Made by a program: the position numbers and the translations under genes. The notes under the pieces were generated by a model. The model did no database searches. It saw nothing but the letters and a program-made list of their open reading frames with translations, and was not told the origin of the DNA. Positions 11,839 to 20,357 of a stretch of DNA of 64,000 nt are shown piece after piece; within the stretch, counting starts at the first letter, position 1, and the number at the start of each line of letters is the position of its first letter. The stretch spans positions 9,505-73,504 of the forward strand of contig JAJPIJ010000042.1 of NCBI GenBank assembly GCA_021324815.1, given 5' to 3'. The DNA is from Gammaproteobacteria bacterium (lineage in GTDB: Bacteria; Pseudomonadota; Gammaproteobacteria; JAJPIJ01).

Positions 11839-12708
11839 ATGTCCAATCCAACCATGACCAAATCCGGAACATCCGCCGAGCGGCCTTACCTCGGTTTCGG
11901 ACTGGGACTGCGTCCCGATCACTACGAAACCATTCTGAACGAACGCCCGGCCGTGGACTGGTTCGAGATCATTTCCGAGAACTACATGGTGGACGGCGGC
12001 AAGCCGTTGCATATGCTCGATCGCATCCGCGCCGATTACCCCATGGTCATGCACGGCGTGTCGCTGTCCATCGGCGGCAGCGATCCGCTGGACCGCGAAT
12101 ACCTGAAGCGGCTCAAGGCGCTGGCCGCGCGCGTCGAGCCGCGCTGGATTTCCGATCATTTGTGCTGGACCGGCCTCGACGGGAAAAACATGCACGACCT
12201 GCTGCCGCTGCCCTACACCGCGGAGGCGGTGGCGCACGTCGCCGCGCGCGTGCGGGAGGTGCAGGATTTTCTCGGCCGGCGCATTCTGTTGGAGAACGTG
12301 TCGAGTTACGTCACCTACAAACACTCGACGATGAGCGAATGGGAATTTCTGGCGGCGATCGCCGCGCGCGCCGACTGCCTCATCCTGCTCGATGTCAACA
12401 ACATCTACGTGAGCGCGCACAACCACGGCTTCGACCCGCACGATTTTCTCCGCGGCATCCCGCCGGAGCGGGTCTGGCAGTTCCATCTTGCCGGACATTC
12501 CCATGACGGCCCCCTCATCGTGGACACGCACGATCACTCCATCATCGATCCGGTGTGGGAGCTCTACCGCGCCGCCGTGCGCCGCTTCGGGCGCGTCTCC
12601 ACCATGATCGAGCGCGACGATCACATCCCGCCGCTGGCGGAGCTGCTGGCGGAACTCGATCACGCCCGCCGCATCGCCGCGCCGGTGCTGGCGGAGCTGG
12701 CCGCATGA
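11839..12708 (+). CDS. MNIO (multinuclear non-heme iron oxidative enzyme) of the DUF692/UPF0276 family (MbnB/TglH/BufB-like).
   Basis: The 289-aa protein has the DUF692 hallmark blocks [11 protein letters not shown]...[10 protein letters not shown]...[11 protein letters not shown]...SDHLCWTG...LLPLPYT...LLENVSSY...[18 protein letters not shown]...FHLAGH...DTHD. Its stop overlaps the start of the DUF2063 partner (ATGA). Confidence 0.85.
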   Translation: MSNPTMTKSGTSAERPYLGFGLGLRPDHYETILNERPAVDWFEIISENYMVDGGKPLHMLDRIRADYPMVMHGVSLSIGGSDPLDREYLKRLKALAARVEPRWISDHLCWTGLDGKNMHDLLPLPYTAEAVAHVAARVREVQDFLGRRILLENVSSYVTYKHSTMSEWEFLAAIAARADCLILLDVNNIYVSAHNHGFDPHDFLRGIPPERVWQFHLAGHSHDGPLIVDTHDHSIIDPVWELYRAAVRRFGRVSTMIERDDHIPPLAELLAELDHARRIAAPVLAELAA

Positions 12709-13487
12709 CCGCATTGCGACGGCTGCAGGAGGATTTCCAGTCCTATCTGCTGGAAGGCCGCACCGCCGTCGAAACGCGGGTGGTCGATGCGCCGCCGGCA
12801 TCCGCCGCCGAGCGGCTGGCGGTGTACGGCCATGCCTACCGCGCGCGGCTGGTTGAGGCCCTGGGCAAGGATTTTCCCGTGCTCAAGACATTGTTCGGTG
12901 ACGAGGAGTTTCAGGCCATGGGGGCAGCCTACGTCGCGGCTCATCCCTCGCGCCATCCCTCCATTCGCTGGTTCGGGCGTCATCTCGCCGGCTTCTTGCG
13001 TGACAACGATCCCTACCGCTTCCGGCCGGCGCTGGCGGAGATCGCGGCCTTCGAATGGGCGCAGGGCGAGGTCTTCGACGGTTTGGATGCGCCGGCGGTG
13101 ACCGTCGAGGCGATGGCCGCAATCCCGCCGCCACGGTGGGCGGCGCTGCGGCTGGGTTTCCAGCCCACGCTGCGGCAGTTGGAGCTGTACTGGAACGTTC
13201 CCGCGCTGGTGCAGGCGGCGCAGAAACAAGAGTCGTTGCCGGCGCCCGAACGAAGCGATGCGCCGGTCCGCTGGCTTTTATGGCGGCGGGAGTTGCTCAT
13301 CTACTGGCGTTCCATCCCCGATGACGAACGTTGGGGTCTCGATCTGTGCCGGCGCGGCGGCACGTTCGGCGAACTGTGCGAATTTTTGAGCAAGCGCACG
13401 GCGGCGGAGGAGACTCCGGCGCGGGCGGCCGGCATGCTCAAACAGTGGCTCACGGACGGCTTGGTGTGCCGTCTGAATCTTGATTGA
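12705..13487 (+). CDS. DUF2063-family protein (MNIO partner; BufC/HvfC-like putative RiPP recognition/DNA-binding-like domain).
   Basis: The 260-aa protein contains ...[12 protein letters not shown]...[46 protein letters not shown]...[11 protein letters not shown]..., typical of DUF2063. It is translationally coupled to the DUF692 gene. Confidence 0.8.
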   Translation: MTALRRLQEDFQSYLLEGRTAVETRVVDAPPASAAERLAVYGHAYRARLVEALGKDFPVLKTLFGDEEFQAMGAAYVAAHPSRHPSIRWFGRHLAGFLRDNDPYRFRPALAEIAAFEWAQGEVFDGLDAPAVTVEAMAAIPPPRWAALRLGFQPTLRQLELYWNVPALVQAAQKQESLPAPERSDAPVRWLLWRRELLIYWRSIPDDERWGLDLCRRGGTFGELCEFLSKRTAAEETPARAAGMLKQWLTDGLVCRLNLD

Positions 13488-14079
13488 CCCGGGTCTTGCG
13501 CTCGTAGGCGATCCGTCGCGATTGCCAGTCGTACGCCGCCTCGATGCGCGCGGTTGCCGTGGTGAAGAGATCATCGCCCGCGCCGTACTCCCGCAACAAC
13601 CGCTCTTCCGCGGCCGCGTTGGTTTCCAGCGCGCCATCCGCGAGGATGTGTTGGATGGGCAGTGCCCCATCCCGCAACTGGCGCGTCACCAGAATCATGC
13701 GGTGACAGGTGATCGGATCGCGCTCCGCGCACAGCAGCGCGGCGCGCTCCGACCCGGCATAGGTGATCAACTCCGCCAGCCCGCGCCGGAACGCCGTGGT
13801 GGCTGCGAGGCGCGAATACACCACCCCGCCGTCCTGATAGCACGAGGCATCCCTTGTTCTGGCGCCCAGCGCATCGCCCATGAAGCGATAATGGATGCGT
13901 GCCTGTGCCAGGTTCTTCTGCAACGCTTCGCGGCGGTATTGCGGGTGACGCCGGCTGTAGGGTGACGAGCGGGCGTCACAGATCAGCGTGATCCGGTGCC
14001 GGCGCAGCAGTTCCAGGAAATAATCCCACGGATGGTTGGAATGGCCGGCGGTGAAGAGACCGGCGGTGGCTGAAGCCAT
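13450..14079 (-). CDS. DUF488 family protein.
   Basis: The 209-aa protein has the DUF488 N-terminal block [50 protein letters not shown]. Its 3' end overlaps the DUF2063 gene convergently by 38 nt. Confidence 0.7.
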   Translation of the reverse strand: MASATAGLFTAGHSNHPWDYFLELLRRHRITLICDARSSPYSRRHPQYRREALQKNLAQARIHYRFMGDALGARTRDASCYQDGGVVYSRLAATTAFRRGLAELITYAGSERAALLCAERDPITCHRMILVTRQLRDGALPIQHILADGALETNAAAEERLLREYGAGDDLFTTATARIEAAYDWQSRRIAYERKTRVNQDSDGTPSRP

Positions 14080-14143
14080 GGCGTATGTTCGGCGGGCTAA
14101 TCAGGCGGCGTATGATGGCCTCTTTCGACCAGGAGGGCACAAC

Positions 14144-14548
14144 ATGGGTTTCATTGAGGAATTCAGAGAATTCGCCGTCAAGGGCAACGTCGTGGACATG
14201 GCGGTCGGCATCGTCGTCGGCGCGGCCTTCGGCAAGATCGTTTCCTCATTCGTCGGCGACGTCCTGATGCCGCCCATCGGCCTGCTGCTCGGCGGCGTCG
14301 ATTTCACCGGACTCAAGATCACGCTCAAACAGGCGGCCGGCGGAACGCCGGCGGTGACGCTCAATTACGGCAGCTTCATCCAGACCGTGGTGGACTTCAC
14401 CATCATCGCCTTTGCCATCTTTCTGCTCGTCAAGGCCGTCAACCGGCTCAAACGCACGGACGAGCAGGCGCCCGCCGCACCGGCGCCGACCCATGAGGAA
14501 AAGCTGCTGGCCGAGATCCGCGATCTGCTCAAGAAAGGCGGCTCGTAA
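14144..14548 (+). CDS. mscL: Large-conductance mechanosensitive channel.
   Basis: [46 protein letters not shown]... is the canonical MscL N-terminus and TM1. An RBS (AGGAGGG) precedes the ATG at 14144. The longer ORF starting at 14036 is rejected. Confidence 0.9.
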   Translation: MGFIEEFREFAVKGNVVDMAVGIVVGAAFGKIVSSFVGDVLMPPIGLLLGGVDFTGLKITLKQAAGGTPAVTLNYGSFIQTVVDFTIIAFAIFLLVKAVNRLKRTDEQAPAAPAPTHEEKLLAEIRDLLKKGGS

Positions 14549-14613
14549 CCCCTGCATTGCCCGAATATTGAAGAAACGGCTCGCGGCAGTTCACGGGAGG
14601 GTCTCGCCAACGG

Positions 14614-14712
14614 CTATTTTTTCTTGGGCGTGGGACGTTTGTGCGGGCGGGTTTTGCCATAGCTGCCCCTGAATAATTTGCCGCGACGGGTGCTTCGGTC
14701 ACCTTTGCCCAT
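14614..14712 (-). CDS. 30S ribosomal protein bTHX (32 aa), below the ORF-track size cutoff.
   Basis: The minus-strand ORF translates to [32 protein letters not shown]. This is close to Thermus Thx ([27 protein letters not shown]). An RBS (GGGAGGA) lies 7 nt upstream of the ATG. The gene sits immediately downstream of fmdB on the same strand. Confidence 0.65.
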   Translation of the reverse strand: MGKGDRSTRRGKLFRGSYGKTRPHKRPTPKKK

Positions 14713-14729
14713 GAGAGTCCTCCCGATGG

Positions 14730-14945
14730 TTAATTGACGGCGCAGGAACCGGGCGCGTTGCCACAGCGCCCGCAGACTTCATCGCCGGATGATTCAACGC
14801 CGCTGCCGCCGCCGACGGCAAAGGCGGACATCTGCCTGCGCAGCGCCCGGCCGCCGCAGCCGGGGCATTGCGCCTCGGCATCCGTGCGTACCAATGTTTC
14901 GAACTGGCAGCCGCAATGGTCGCATTTGTATTCGTGGATGGGCAT
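14730..14945 (-). CDS. FmdB-family zinc-ribbon protein.
   Basis: The 71-aa protein has [18 protein letters not shown]...CPGCGG...SAFAV... plus a Cys/Gly-rich tail. This is the classic FmdB putative-regulatory zinc-ribbon architecture. Confidence 0.8.
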   Translation of the reverse strand: MPIHEYKCDHCGCQFETLVRTDAEAQCPGCGGRALRRQMSAFAVGGGSGVESSGDEVCGRCGNAPGSCAVN

Positions 14946-15055
14946 GGGCCTTGAGGCTTTCCGCAGTTTCCAATTTTTTTATCCTAACCCCGCCGCGTCG
15001 TCATGTGAATCCGGGAACATTCCCGCACAAAAGCGTGGCATCCCGCCCGCCGACA

Positions 15056-15071
15056 ACACCATTTCGGTGCG
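15056..15071 (+). promoter_or_regulatory. NtrC-like enhancer site (aCACCAtttcGGTGCg), about 55 bp upstream of the -24 element.
   Basis: The dyad CACCA-N3-c-GGTG resembles the NtrC consensus TGCACCA-N3-TGGTGCA. It lies upstream of a sigma54-type -24/-12 motif. Confidence 0.4.
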
Positions 15072-15125
15072 TTAAGCCAGCCAAGCGCGTTATTTAATTA
15101 CATGAATAATCAATGAGATGTAAAT

Positions 15126-15141
15126 TGGCTTGGATATTGCA
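15126..15141 (+). promoter_or_regulatory. Sigma54 (-24/-12) promoter TGGC-N7-TTGCA for the porin-nasT-nasS operon.
   Basis: TGGCttggataTTGCA matches TGGCAC-N5-TTGCW spacing exactly (GG and GC 10 bp apart). The expected transcription start is near 15153. An AT-rich tract lies upstream (possible IHF site). Confidence 0.55.
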
Positions 15142-15278
15142 ATGCAGCAACCTGAAGTTCCTGCCTGATGAAGGGCCGAGATCGCAAAGAAGCGACGATT
15201 TACTCAACAACCACTGAATCCGCGTCCGCGGAGAGGAGGTTGCCATGAATAAATTTCACATTGAAAGGAAGGAATTTT

Positions 15279-16673
15279 ATGGCTCTTCATGGCATGGCCC
15301 GCTTGGGGGCGCATGTGTGGTGCAGGCGGGTGGTCGCGTGCAGTCTTCTGATGATGGTGGTCGACAGGGTTCGCGCGGATGATCTCTGGGGGGCGTTGAC
15401 CGGTGGCAAGCCGGATTTGTATCTGCGCTATCGTTACGAGCAGGTCCATGACGGGCAGACGCCGTCGCTCAAGGACGCCTATGCCAACACGCTGCGCACC
15501 GCGCTGGGCTACAACACGGGGCTGTATCACGATTTCGGCGCCTATGTGCAATTTCAGGATGTGCGCGTGATTGGCAATGATCATCTTTTCAACGACGGCG
15601 GCATCAACGGCGTGACCCACCGCGCCACGGTGGTCGATCCGGAGCAGACCGAACTGCACCAGGCCAACTTGCGTTACCGCGGCCTGCCGAAGACGACGCT
15701 GATCCTGGGCCGGCAGGAAATCCTGGATCACGGCCAGCCGCCCTTCAACCGTTACCTCGGCAACGTCCTGTGGCGGCAGAACTGGCAGAGTTTCGACGCC
15801 TTGCGCGCCGTCAACCAATCCCTGCCCGCAACCAAGATTGACTATGCCTACATCTGGAACGTCAACCGCGTCTTCGGCCAGGACAATCCAATCCCGGACC
15901 GCGCCAACTTCCGGATGGACAGCCACGCCGTGGACATCACCTACTCCGGTTTCACCTGGGGCACTTTCTATCCCTATGCCTACCTGCTGGATTTCGACAG
16001 CGATGTTGCGGCCACGCAGGTGATGACCACCGCCACGTATGGGTTGCGCTTCTCTGGCGCCTACGATCTCGTCACCCAGGCCGCCAAGATTCTCTACACC
16101 GGCGAGTTCGCGCACCAGCAGGACTGGCGCGGCAATCCCGTCAAGGTCGACGAAAATTACTACCTCGGCGAGCTGGGCTTTTCCAAGCTGTTCAACAATC
16201 CCGCGTTTCAATCGGTGACGATCAAGGGCAGCTACGAGGTGCTGGAAGGCGGCGGCCCCGCAACCGTCACCATCGGCAAGACCACCTCGACGGTCGCCGT
16301 CGCCTTCCAGACGCCGTTGGGGACGAACCACGCCTACCAGGGCTGGGCGGATCGCTTCCTCATCACGCCGAAGGACGGCGTGAACGATCTTTACGGCACC
16401 ATGAGCGCGCAGGTGTACGGCGCCAATCTGGCGGTCGTCTACCATGATCTTTCCGCCAACAATCTGGAGTATGACTACGGCACGGAGTGGGATCTGCAGC
16501 TCACCCGCACGTTCGGCGAGCATTACACCTTCGGCCTGAAATATGCGGATTACAACGCCGACCGGAACGCCACCAACCTGGCCCGCAACGCGCCGAAAAA
16601 CACCGCCACCGACCAGTTCAAACAGGCCTTCGATCTGACCAAGTTCTGGGCCTGGATCGAGGTCAAATTCTGA
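15279..16673 (+). CDS. Alginate-export (AlgE)-family outer-membrane beta-barrel porin, first gene of the nasTS unit.
   Basis: The 464-aa protein has a signal peptide and beta-strand-rich sequence ending with a C-terminal Phe (..WIEVKF), typical of an OMP. The N-terminal region (DLWGALTGGKPDLYLRYRYEQV...) resembles AlgE/alginate export family proteins. An RBS (AGGAAGGA) precedes the ATG at 15279. Confidence 0.7.
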   Translation: MALHGMARLGAHVWCRRVVACSLLMMVVDRVRADDLWGALTGGKPDLYLRYRYEQVHDGQTPSLKDAYANTLRTALGYNTGLYHDFGAYVQFQDVRVIGNDHLFNDGGINGVTHRATVVDPEQTELHQANLRYRGLPKTTLILGRQEILDHGQPPFNRYLGNVLWRQNWQSFDALRAVNQSLPATKIDYAYIWNVNRVFGQDNPIPDRANFRMDSHAVDITYSGFTWGTFYPYAYLLDFDSDVAATQVMTTATYGLRFSGAYDLVTQAAKILYTGEFAHQQDWRGNPVKVDENYYLGELGFSKLFNNPAFQSVTIKGSYEVLEGGGPATVTIGKTTSTVAVAFQTPLGTNHAYQGWADRFLITPKDGVNDLYGTMSAQVYGANLAVVYHDLSANNLEYDYGTEWDLQLTRTFGEHYTFGLKYADYNADRNATNLARNAPKNTATDQFKQAFDLTKFWAWIEVKF

Positions 16674-16681
16674 GGGTTCAA

Positions 16682-17308
16682 ATGCCGGCGATGCCACGAC
16701 CCACCGAGCAGGCGGTGACCGAACAGCAGCGGCCGCTGCGCGTCATGCTGGTCGACGATTATCCGGAGCGGGCGGAGGTGCTGGAGCGCGCCTTGACCGC
16801 CTCCAGCCACCAGATCGTCGCCCGCCTGGGCAGCGGCGCCAACCTGCGCGCGGAGGTGACCCGTCTCGCCCCCGACGTGGTCATCATCGACCTCGATTCG
16901 GCGGATCGCGACATCCTCGAGGACATGCACGCCATCAATCGCGAGCAGCCGCGGCCGGTGGTGATGTTCACCCGCGATGACGACCCGGCGCTGATCAAGA
17001 GCGCCGTGCACGCGGGGGTGAGCGCCTACGTGGTCGGCGGCCTCGACCCGCGGCGGGTGCTGCCGATCCTGAACGTCGCCATCGCCCGCTTCGAGCAGTT
17101 CCAGGCGTTGCAGCGCGAGCTGGACGACGCGCGCACGGCGCTGGCCGAGCGTAAATGCATCGAGCGCGCCAAGGGCATCCTCATGAAGCAGCGGCGGATG
17201 GATGAGGAGGCCGCCTACGCCGCCATGCGCAAGATGGCCATGGATCGCAACCTCAAGCTGGTGGACCTGGCCCGCAGCCTGATCGCGGCGGCGGATCTGC
17301 TGGTATGA
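16682..17308 (+). CDS. nasT: Nitrate-responsive antiterminator NasT (response-regulator receiver plus ANTAR RNA-binding domain).
   Basis: A receiver domain (LRVMLVDDYPERAEVLERAL...VVIIDLD...) is followed by an ANTAR domain (...ARTALAERKCIERAKGILMKQRRMDEEAAYAAMRKMAMDRNLKLVDLARSLI). Confidence 0.9.
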   Translation: MPAMPRPTEQAVTEQQRPLRVMLVDDYPERAEVLERALTASSHQIVARLGSGANLRAEVTRLAPDVVIIDLDSADRDILEDMHAINREQPRPVVMFTRDDDPALIKSAVHAGVSAYVVGGLDPRRVLPILNVAIARFEQFQALQRELDDARTALAERKCIERAKGILMKQRRMDEEAAYAAMRKMAMDRNLKLVDLARSLIAAADLLV

Positions 17309-17321
17309 AAGGACCACGGGC

Positions 17322-18590
17322 ATGAGCGGCGGATCCGCCGGCAATGCGCCGCCGCGGCCGCGGGCGACGGTGACGCCGCTGCGGCCGAGATTGCGGACGG
17401 CCCTGCGCGTCGGCGGCTCGGATGCGCCCGAACGGCGCGAGGTGACCGTCGGTTTCATCCCACTCACGGATTGCGCGCCCATCGCCGTGGCCTCGGCGCT
17501 GGGATTCGACCGCAAGCACGGAATTGTCATCCGGCCGCGGCGGGAAGGCTCGTGGGCCGCGGTGCGCGACAAGCTGGTGAACGGCGCCATCGACGTCGCC
17601 CACAGTCTCTACGGCCTTATTTACGGCATACAGCTCGGCATCGGCGGAACGCGCCATGACATGGCGGTGCTGATGACGTTGAACCAAAACGGCCAGGCGA
17701 TCACGCTCGGCAATCACCTGCGCGACGCCGGCGTCACCGATGCCGTCGCGCTGGCGCGGCACATCGCCGGCCGGCGCGGCGAACTGGTGTTCGCCCACAC
17801 CTTTCCCACCGGCACGCACGCCATGTGGCTGTATTACTGGCTGGCGGCGCACGGCATCGATCCGCTCGCGGACGTGCAGACGCTCACCGTCCCGCCGCCG
17901 CAGATGGTCACCCAGCTCCGCTTGTCGGACATCGACGGCTACAGCGCCGGCGAGCCGTGGAACGCGCACGCGGTGCAGGAGGGCGTGGGATTCACCGTCG
18001 CCACCTCGCAGCAGGTGTGGCCGGATCACCCGGAGAAGGTGCTGGCCGCCACCGCCGACTTCGCGCGCCAGAACCCGAACACCGCGCGGGCGCTGGTGAT
18101 GGCCCTGCTGGAGGCGGCGCGTTACATCGACAATCCCGCGCACCATGAGATGGTGGCGCACGTGCTGGCCGCGCGCGGCTGCATCAACACCGACACCGGC
18201 CTGCTGCTGCCGCGACTGCGGGGTGACTACAAGGACGGCCTCGGCCGCCGCTGGCACGACGGGCGGGCGGTGCGGTTCCACGGCGACGGCAGCGTCAACT
18301 ATCCGTATCTGTCGGACGGCATGTGGTTCATCACCCAGCACCGGCGCTGGGGACTGCTGCGGCAGGATCCGGACTATCTGGCGATCGCGCAACAGGTGAA
18401 CCGCATCGATCTGTACGCGCAGGCGGCCGCGGCCGTCGGCGTGCCGCTGCCGTCGTCACCGTTGCGCAGTTCGACGCTGATCGACGGGCGGTTCTGGAAC
18501 GGCGGTGACCCGGCGGCTTACGCCCGCGGCTTTCCCATCATGGCGGCGGTGCGGGTCGGACAAGTCTCATCCAAAAGCGCCCATGACTGA
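17322..18590 (+). CDS. nasS: Nitrate/nitrite sensor NasS (NrtA-like periplasmic-binding fold, cytoplasmic partner of NasT).
   Basis: The 422-aa NrtA/SsuA-like protein has no signal peptide (...VTVGFIPLTDCAPIAVASALGFDRKHGIV...). It is positioned directly after nasT, as in Azotobacter/Pseudomonas nasST. Confidence 0.85.
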   Translation: MSGGSAGNAPPRPRATVTPLRPRLRTALRVGGSDAPERREVTVGFIPLTDCAPIAVASALGFDRKHGIVIRPRREGSWAAVRDKLVNGAIDVAHSLYGLIYGIQLGIGGTRHDMAVLMTLNQNGQAITLGNHLRDAGVTDAVALARHIAGRRGELVFAHTFPTGTHAMWLYYWLAAHGIDPLADVQTLTVPPPQMVTQLRLSDIDGYSAGEPWNAHAVQEGVGFTVATSQQVWPDHPEKVLAATADFARQNPNTARALVMALLEAARYIDNPAHHEMVAHVLAARGCINTDTGLLLPRLRGDYKDGLGRRWHDGRAVRFHGDGSVNYPYLSDGMWFITQHRRWGLLRQDPDYLAIAQQVNRIDLYAQAAAAVGVPLPSSPLRSSTLIDGRFWNGGDPAAYARGFPIMAAVRVGQVSSKSAHD

Positions 18591-18606
18591 TCATTGCGGT
18601 GCTGCA

Positions 18607-18625
18607 GTGCACTGAATCGGTGCAC
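18607..18625 (+). promoter_or_regulatory. NtrC-like enhancer site GTGCAC-N7-GTGCAC upstream of the second sigma54 promoter.
   Basis: In tGCACtgaatcgGTGCac, the GCAC and GTGC half-sites are separated by 7 nt as in TGCACCANNNTGGTGCA. The site is 63 bp upstream of the -24 element. A second weaker copy lies at 18620-18640. Confidence 0.4.
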
Positions 18626-18687
18626 CAAGCCACGTGGTGGAAGAGTGCGGAGTAAATAAGGCCTTGTATTTCTGCATGTTGTAATGA

Positions 18688-18703
18688 TGGCAAGGGGTTT
18701 GCA
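18688..18703 (+). promoter_or_regulatory. Sigma54 (-24/-12) promoter TGGC-N7-TTGCA for the nrtABCD-nirBD-nasA operon.
   Basis: TGGCaaggggtTTGCA matches the sigma54 consensus spacing. It lies about 220 nt upstream of the nrtA start, consistent with a regulated leader. Confidence 0.55.
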
Positions 18704-18720
18704 AAGGCGGTAACTCGGAA

Positions 18721-18810
18721 CCGGCAGTGTGTGCACACCGCTGCCGGCACATAGGCTCATCACCCAACGGCGGGTTGTGCGGCTGAAGCGAACGGCGGGG
18801 AAATCCCCGC
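18721..18810 (+). other. Leader RNA hairpins (candidate NasT/ANTAR binding stem-loops) in the nrtA 5'-UTR.
   Basis: Stem-loop 1 is CCGGCAGtgtgtgcacaccgCTGCCGG (18721-18747). Stem-loop 2 is GCGGGGaaatCCCCGC (18795-18810). Both lie between the sigma54 promoter and a terminator hairpin. Confidence 0.5.
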
Positions 18811-18826
18811 GGTGTCGCTAGCGGAC

Positions 18827-18880
18827 AAAGGCGTCCGGCAGGTGGCGGAAGGTTCGCCCCCGCCGACGCCTTTTTCATTT
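18827..18880 (+). terminator. Rho-independent leader terminator (attenuator) upstream of nrtA, the expected target of NasT antitermination.
   Basis: AAAGGCGTCcGGCaggtggcggaaggttcgcccccGCCGACGCCTTTTTcaTTT forms a GC-rich stem followed by a T-run, 30 nt before the nrtA RBS. Confidence 0.6.
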
Positions 18881-18909
18881 GTGACTGAAACCATGAACCG
18901 TAGGAGGAT

Positions 18910-20295
18910 GTGATGAACAAATTGTTTTCAATCGTACCTGGCGCGACCCGCCGTCGCCTCGGGAGACTTTCGTATTTATTGCCGGCCGCGCTGGCCCTGC
19001 TGCTGGGCGCCATGAGCAGCGGCGCGCCGGCGGCGGAAAATGTGGAGAAGGCCGAACTCAAGTTCGGTTTCATCAAGCTGACCGACATGGCGCCGCTCGC
19101 CATCGCCTATGAAAAGGGCTTCTTCGAGGACGAGGGCCTGTACGTGACCCTGGAGGCGCAGGCCAACTGGAAGGTGCTGATTGACCGGGTGATCGACGGC
19201 TCGCTCGACGGCGCCCACATGCTCGCCGGCCAGCCCATCGGCGCGACCATCGGCATCGGCACCCAGGCCGATGTCATTACTCCGTTCAGCATGGACCTGA
19301 ACGGCAACGCCATCACGGTATCGAACGAAATCTGGAATGCGATGAAGGCCAACATCAAGATGGGCGCCGACGGCAAGCCCGAACATCCCATCTCGGCGGC
19401 GGCGCTGAAGCCCGTCGTCGACAAGTACAAGGCCGAGGGCAGGAAGTTCAACATGGGCATGGTGTTCCCGGTGTCCACGCACAATTACGAACTGCGCTAT
19501 TGGCTGGCAGCCGGCGGCATCAATCCGGGCGCCTACTCGCCGACCGACATTTCAGGCCAGATCAACGCCGACGTGTTGTTGTCGGTGACGCCGCCGCCAC
19601 AGATGCCGGCCACGCTGGAGGCGGGCACTATCCTGGGCTATTGCGTGGGCGAACCGTGGAACCAGCAGGCCGTCTTCAAGGGCATCGGCGTGCCCGTCAT
19701 CACCGACTACGAGATCTGGAAGAACAATCCGGAAAAGGTGTTCGGCATGACCCGGGCCTTCGCGGAAAAGTATCCCCGCACCACGATCGCCATCACCAAG
19801 GCGCTGATCCGGGCCGGCATGTGGCTGGATGCCGACAACGGGAAAAACCGCGCCGAGGCGGTGAAGATCCTGTCGCGCCCGGAATACGTCGGCGCCGACG
19901 CCGACGTCATTGCCAACAGCATGACCGGCACCTTCGAGTATGAAAAGGGCGACAAGCGCTCGTTGCCCGACTTCAATGTATTTTTCCGCTACAACGCAAC
20001 CTATCCGTACTACTCCGACGCGGTGTGGTACCTGACCCAGATGCGCCGCTGGGGCCAGATCAGCGAGGCCAAGCCGGATTCCTGGTATGACGAAGTGGCG
20101 AAGAAAGTCTACCGTCCCGACATCTACAAAGCCGCCGCCGAGGCGCTCATCAAGGAGGGCAGGATGAAGGCCGGGGATCTGCCGCAGACCGACGGCTACA
20201 AGCCGCCGACCAGCGCTTTCATCGACGGCATCGAGTACGACGGCAGGAAACCCAACGATTATCTGGCGAAGTTCGCCATCGGCAACAAGAAATAA
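18910..20295 (+). CDS. nrtA: Nitrate ABC transporter periplasmic substrate-binding protein (NrtA/NasF).
   Basis: The 461-aa protein has a signal peptide (..[20 protein letters not shown]) and an NrtA-like fold (...[29 protein letters not shown]...). An RBS (AGGAGGA) is present. Confidence 0.9.
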   Translation: MMNKLFSIVPGATRRRLGRLSYLLPAALALLLGAMSSGAPAAENVEKAELKFGFIKLTDMAPLAIAYEKGFFEDEGLYVTLEAQANWKVLIDRVIDGSLDGAHMLAGQPIGATIGIGTQADVITPFSMDLNGNAITVSNEIWNAMKANIKMGADGKPEHPISAAALKPVVDKYKAEGRKFNMGMVFPVSTHNYELRYWLAAGGINPGAYSPTDISGQINADVLLSVTPPPQMPATLEAGTILGYCVGEPWNQQAVFKGIGVPVITDYEIWKNNPEKVFGMTRAFAEKYPRTTIAITKALIRAGMWLDADNGKNRAEAVKILSRPEYVGADADVIANSMTGTFEYEKGDKRSLPDFNVFFRYNATYPYYSDAVWYLTQMRRWGQISEAKPDSWYDEVAKKVYRPDIYKAAAEALIKEGRMKAGDLPQTDGYKPPTSAFIDGIEYDGRKPNDYLAKFAIGNKK

Positions 20296-20357
20296 CCGGA
20301 CGCGCCGCAGAGGAAGATACTCGCGGCCCGGATTGATGCAGTGAGGAGATCGATGAA

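Noticed and set aside
14549-14613. An intrinsic terminator expected between the convergent mscL and thx genes.
   Set aside because: No convincing GC-rich inverted repeat followed by a T-run was found on either strand. The T6 run at 14617-14622 is part of the thx stop region, not a hairpin tail.
14730-14945. FmdB zinc-ribbon protein considered as a possible in-trans Cys-rich substrate of the MNIO pair.
   Set aside because: Cys/Gly-rich C-terminal tails are a normal feature of FmdB-family proteins. It has no signal peptide, and it is separated from the MNIO genes by two unrelated genes on other strands.
18660-18700. Tiny ORFs (MMARGLQRR and similar) in the nrtA leader considered as a leader peptide.
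   Set aside because: They are too short and have no RBS. Regulation is better explained by the ANTAR hairpin and terminator structure.
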